NCBI GenBank assembly: GCA_963700285.1
Contig: CAVOXA010000015.1
Span: 64,001-128,000 of the forward strand
From: an uncultured Chloroflexia bacterium
GTDB taxonomy: Bacteria; Chloroflexota; Anaerolineae; JAAYZQ01
Direction of reading: 5' to 3'
DNA length: 64,000 nucleotides
Shown one piece after another: positions 62,642 to 64,000 of this stretch (position 1 is its first letter; every line of letters starts with the position of its first letter). The notes beneath the pieces were generated by a model. That model saw only the letters and a list, made by a program, of their open reading frames with translations, was not told where the DNA came from and did not search any database. The translations under genes were made by a program, and so were the position numbers.

Positions 62642-62943
62642 CCAAGGCACGGGCAGCGGCGTTTGCTGCCCACGCCGCTGCCCGCAACACCAGCATCAAA
62701 CCGGCTAAACTCGCCGCGCGCGCCGCCGGTCACGCTGCCGCAACCGCCCACGTTGCCGATCACGCACGCCATGCTGCCAACTACGCCCTCAAGGCTGTAT
62801 CCGCAGGTCCAATTCCGAACCATGAGGGCGATGCGGTTTCTGAAGAAGTCGATTGGCAGTGCACACGCCTCCCGGAACACCTTCTCGGTATGGCCGGGCG
62901 AAACGGAGTCTATCCGAAAGGAATCGAAAAGAATCGTGTGTGA
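62590..62943 (+). pseudogene. 5'-truncated Imm-5-like putative immunity protein
   Basis: IEAARAW..GE...ARAAAFAAHAAAR, ARAAGHAAATAHV..HA..AANYA, E.DWQ..RLPE; no proper start. Confidence 0.6.
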
Positions 62944-63352
62944 AGAGTATGACATCGCTTACGCGGATGAGCCAGCATGGGAGATCATTGGACCCGGCAT
63001 CAATAACTACAACAGAAAACATGCAGGTGACAACAGTTATCAAAGCCTGTGCTTCGTTCTTCGCGCGCCTGACCAGCAAGTTGTCGGTGGTGTGATCGGC
63101 GCAACCTATTGGGATTGGTTCTATCTGGATCTGTTGTGGGTAAAAGAGGAGCTTCGTGGGCGCGGACATGGTCATCGCCTGCTGACGATTGCTGAACAGG
63201 AAGCGCGGCAGCGTGGGGCAAAGAATGCCTATTTGGACACCTTTAGCTTTCAGGCGCCCGACTTCTATGAGCGGCATGGCTATCGAGTCTTTGGCGAGCT
63301 GCAAGATTTCCCTCCTGGGCATCAACGCTTCTTTCTCACCAAACAGCTTTAG
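62936..63352 (+). CDS. GNAT acetyltransferase
   Basis: LDLLWV..RGRGHG, LDTFSFQAPDFYERHGY. Confidence 0.88.
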   Translation: MCEEYDIAYADEPAWEIIGPGINNYNRKHAGDNSYQSLCFVLRAPDQQVVGGVIGATYWDWFYLDLLWVKEELRGRGHGHRLLTIAEQEARQRGAKNAYLDTFSFQAPDFYERHGYRVFGELQDFPPGHQRFFLTKQL

Positions 63353-63430
63353 AAACAGCGCGGCGTCAAGGGCACACGTGCAACGAGGCCCTTGCATGCG
63401 AACCGTTCGGTCTGATTGCAGGAGGTTGAC

Positions 63431-64000
63431 ATGATAGCTGAAGAAATCATGATCCGTATGCGCGATGGTGTGCGCCTGCAGAACTACCTCTACCTCCCTC
63501 CGGGCGAGGGACCCTTCCCCGCCCTTCTGGCGCGGTGCATGTATGGCGCCGACAGAGTGGAAGACAGAGCGAGATTCTGGGCCGACCAAGGATATGCGGT
63601 TCTGCTGCAGAATGTCCGCGGCCGTCATGGATCTGAAGGCGGACCGGTCGGCCGGAATGACTATGCCGAGGATGGCTACGATGCGATGGACTGGATGGTG
63701 GCTCAAGCTTGGTGCAACGAGCGTATCGGTACCTTCGGCCGTTCCGCTTTGGCCCGGGTTCAGGTGGCAACCGCATTCCTTGCTCATCCGGCGCATCTGG
63801 CCATGGCTCCGGTGGTACTTCCCTACAAGATGATGAGCCGCCTGGGAGGGGCCATCATGTTCAGCCAGATACCTCAGTGGATGTATATGGCCCAGAGCGG
63901 CCGCGAACTGAATCCGGTTGAGACGGTAGAGTGGATGCCCCACCTGTACAGGCTGCCTGTCACAAGTGTGCTGGATGACCTGGGCGGGCCCCTGGACCAG
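63431..64000 (+). CDS. CocE/NonD family hydrolase, partial (runs off the window; absent from the ORF track)
   Basis: RBS AGGAGG; MIRMRDGVRL, PFPALL, QNVRGRHGSEG, DGYDAMDW, WCNERIGTFGRS. Confidence 0.85.
   Translation, partial: MIAEEIMIRMRDGVRLQNYLYLPPGEGPFPALLARCMYGADRVEDRARFWADQGYAVLLQNVRGRHGSEGGPVGRNDYAEDGYDAMDWMVAQAWCNERIGTFGRSALARVQVATAFLAHPAHLAMAPVVLPYKMMSRLGGAIMFSQIPQWMYMAQSGRELNPVETVEWMPHLYRLPVTSVLDDLGGPLDQ

Noticed and set aside
62789-63943. 384-aa minus-strand ORF
   Set aside because: Antisense shadow of the GNAT and CocE genes with no recognisable motifs.

Overview
A 64 kb bacterial chromosomal segment, probably Chloroflexota/Anaerolineae. This is inferred from a GAAC-N4-GTTC LexA box, FLPL-type motifs in secreted proteins and tandem GT-C glycosyltransferases. 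Many genes in GC-rich blocks are split by single-base indels that look like long-read consensus errors. Bases 1-14.1 kb are an accessory/defence island. It holds a restriction-like SNF2-DUF3883 / DUF1156 methylase / HEPN-DUF499 ATPase operon whose two intergenic gaps carry a palindromic CGTC-type repeat with cargo (a Phd-PIN toxin-antitoxin pair, and a GIY-YIG nuclease bracketed by inverted repeat copies). A lower-GC membrane-HhH + SNF2 gene pair and a LexA-boxed AAA_25 ATPase follow. The rest is mostly core genome: tgt-rsmI-Rmt-like methylase-guaB-pfk, a 15 kb glycosylation cluster, rodZ, a two-component system, lepB-pnp-rpsO and a lysine-saccharopine/rocD operon with a candidate attenuator. 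A redox module contains a CsoR-type operator, an unannotated selenoprotein (in-frame UGA + SECIS), an ECF sigma/anti-sigma pair and a shared ECF promoter motif. No CRISPR array, tRNA or rRNA was seen.
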